The translations under genes and the position numbers were made by a program. Below, in pieces: positions 62,531-64,000 of a stretch of 64,000 nucleotides of DNA; the first letter of the stretch is position 1; each line of letters starts with the position of its first letter. The notes beneath the pieces were generated by a model. It saw nothing but the letters and a program-made list of their open reading frames with translations, had not been told where the DNA came from and searched no databases. Source of the stretch: Squalus acanthias (taxonomy: Eukaryota). The stretch lies in assembly GCA_030390025.1 (NCBI GenBank), contig CM059433.1:28894001-28958000 (forward strand), written 5' to 3'.

Positions 62531-63546
62531 CTAATTTATACAGGTTAAACTGTCGGAGAGCTGCCTTCAAATCGCTACTAAGAACAAGAAGAATTGTGAT
62601 TGTGAATAAAACGCATGACAGATCAATCAGCATCTGCGAGAGAAAGATAGGTTCATGTTTTAGGTGGGGCCTTTCCATCAGCAGTTCTGAATGGGCTCTT
62701 ACATAGTTACACTATTTTAACTACCTAGTTTAACCATGAGCAGCATCTTTCGCACACAGACCAGCGTGTTAAATCTCTGACTGCTGTCGACCAGAGCAAT
62801 CTGCATGATTTTCAGAGCCGGCACAGTCACAATGGGCCGAATGAACCTCCTTCCGTGCTGTCTGACTTTGGCCCAGCAGGTCTCCCTTTCTCTTTAAACT
62901 CCACTGAACAAAGCATTGTCACTTCTAACAATTGCCAACTTAATAAAAGAAAGATTATCGGTAATTAAGAGGTAGAGGATGACAGGGCCATTATTGCGTG
63001 GAAAAACAGCAATCACCGCCTCTTCCTTTTGATAGGATGCAATGAGACAAAAGGAGTAGACTCCCAGAATAATGCTACTTAAAGGAAAGCCGTGACAAAC
63101 GACATTCATCTGAAATTTCCCTTAAGGAAGATACACAACAGACCCGATGTGGCTGATTGACTGGAGCTTGACGTTCACTGATGTTGCCTCGCTGATGCAT
63201 GGCTGAAGGCAACGCTATTTTCTAAGTTAAAAATCTAATGTCACAATGCATTTAAAAAAATGATTCAACATGATCTGAACTGCACCAAATTTAAATCTAA
63301 TGCTGGAGGATGGGTTTAATTGACCAGTCCTGTCCCAATATAAACATTAAGAGAGAGTGACTCTGTTAAAGCAAGATTAACGGGTACATTGCTCAAAAAC
63401 AGTTAAAGAATCTTTGTGATTCATGTTTAACAGCAACCAAATAAAATGGATGGGTGCTCCTGGTTTTACTTCTCTGGTTCTGTCCAATGCAAATTCAAAG
63501 ACAGCATTGATGGAGAAAAGGCAGATAGATGCACCTGTATTCTCGA

Positions 63547-63685
63547 AATGTTCCCTCTTATTTTTTTTGGGTGCACGACCCCTTTAAGGGGCTGTGCGGC
63601 CCATTCAAAATACCGCGCATGCGCAGTTTTCCGCATTGGAAAGCCAGTGAGCTGGCTGCGCTGGAGGTCCCAAGAGGGAACATTG
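63547..63685. mobile_element. hAT-type MITE
   Basis: TIR AATGTTCCCTCTT / AAGAGGGAACATTG; degenerate TSD ATTCTCGA/ATTTTCAA. Confidence 0.7.
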
Positions 63686-63711
63686 ATTTTCAAGCACCTC
63701 GAATGGCCTGT

Positions 63712-64000
63712 ACATAGAAAAGAACATAGGAACAGGAGTAGGCCATTCAGCCCCTCCAGTCTGTTCCGCTATTCAGTTAGATCATGGTTGATCTGTATCT
63801 TAACTCCATCCATCTGCCTTGGTTCTGTAACCCTTAATACCTTGCCGAACAAAACTCTATCAATCTCATTTTCAATTGACCCTCAGCCTCAACAGCTTTT
63901 TGGGGGAGAGAGTTCCAGATTTCCACTCCCCTTTGTGTGAAGATGTGCTTCCTGACATCACCCCTGAACGGCCTAGCTCTAATGTTAAGGTTATGCACTC
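63712..64000 (-). mobile_element. CR1 3' fragment running off the window
   Basis: Matches 14482-14750. Confidence 0.8.

Noticed and set aside
63446..63940. 164-aa ORF
   Set aside because: Chimeric read-through of unique DNA, a hAT MITE and antisense CR1.
1..64000. Other KHDRBS2 exons (Qua1 exon ending KQYPK; exon starting EEELRKSGE)
   Set aside because: Searched the non-repeat stretches by eye and did not find them; presumed outside the window.

Overview
Eukaryotic, repeat-dense intronic DNA, most likely from a cartilaginous fish (shark-type CR1/HER1 LINEs, Deu-domain tRNA SINEs, L2, Penelope, Tx1, RTE). The only host coding sequence I can support is one 117-nt minus-strand exon (16421-16537) encoding the KH-domain GxxG segment of KHDRBS2/SLM-1, so the window is probably that exon plus parts of two very large introns. 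Nearly all ORFs in the supplied track are transposon fragments or their antisense shadows. Most notable: (1) a single-ORF APE-RT LINE (56813-59793; second copy 42285-44885) whose 5' end is a tRNA-Thr-like Pol III promoter with a duplicated anticodon arm, whose sense strand is almost free of TTTT Pol III terminators, and which has an internally deleted non-autonomous partner (33942-34320), suggesting a Pol III-transcribed autonomous LINE; (2) four Penelope-like insertions with 12-14 bp TSDs carrying minimal hammerhead-ribozyme motifs with covarying stems, three of them fold-back hairpins; (3) a 1.7-kb solo LTR with a 4-bp TSD; (4) a near-complete Tigger/pogo transposon and several MITE families; (5) inverted CR1 copies flanking the in-frame KH exon. 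Boundaries of old repeats are approximate and family names come from recognition, not from database searches.
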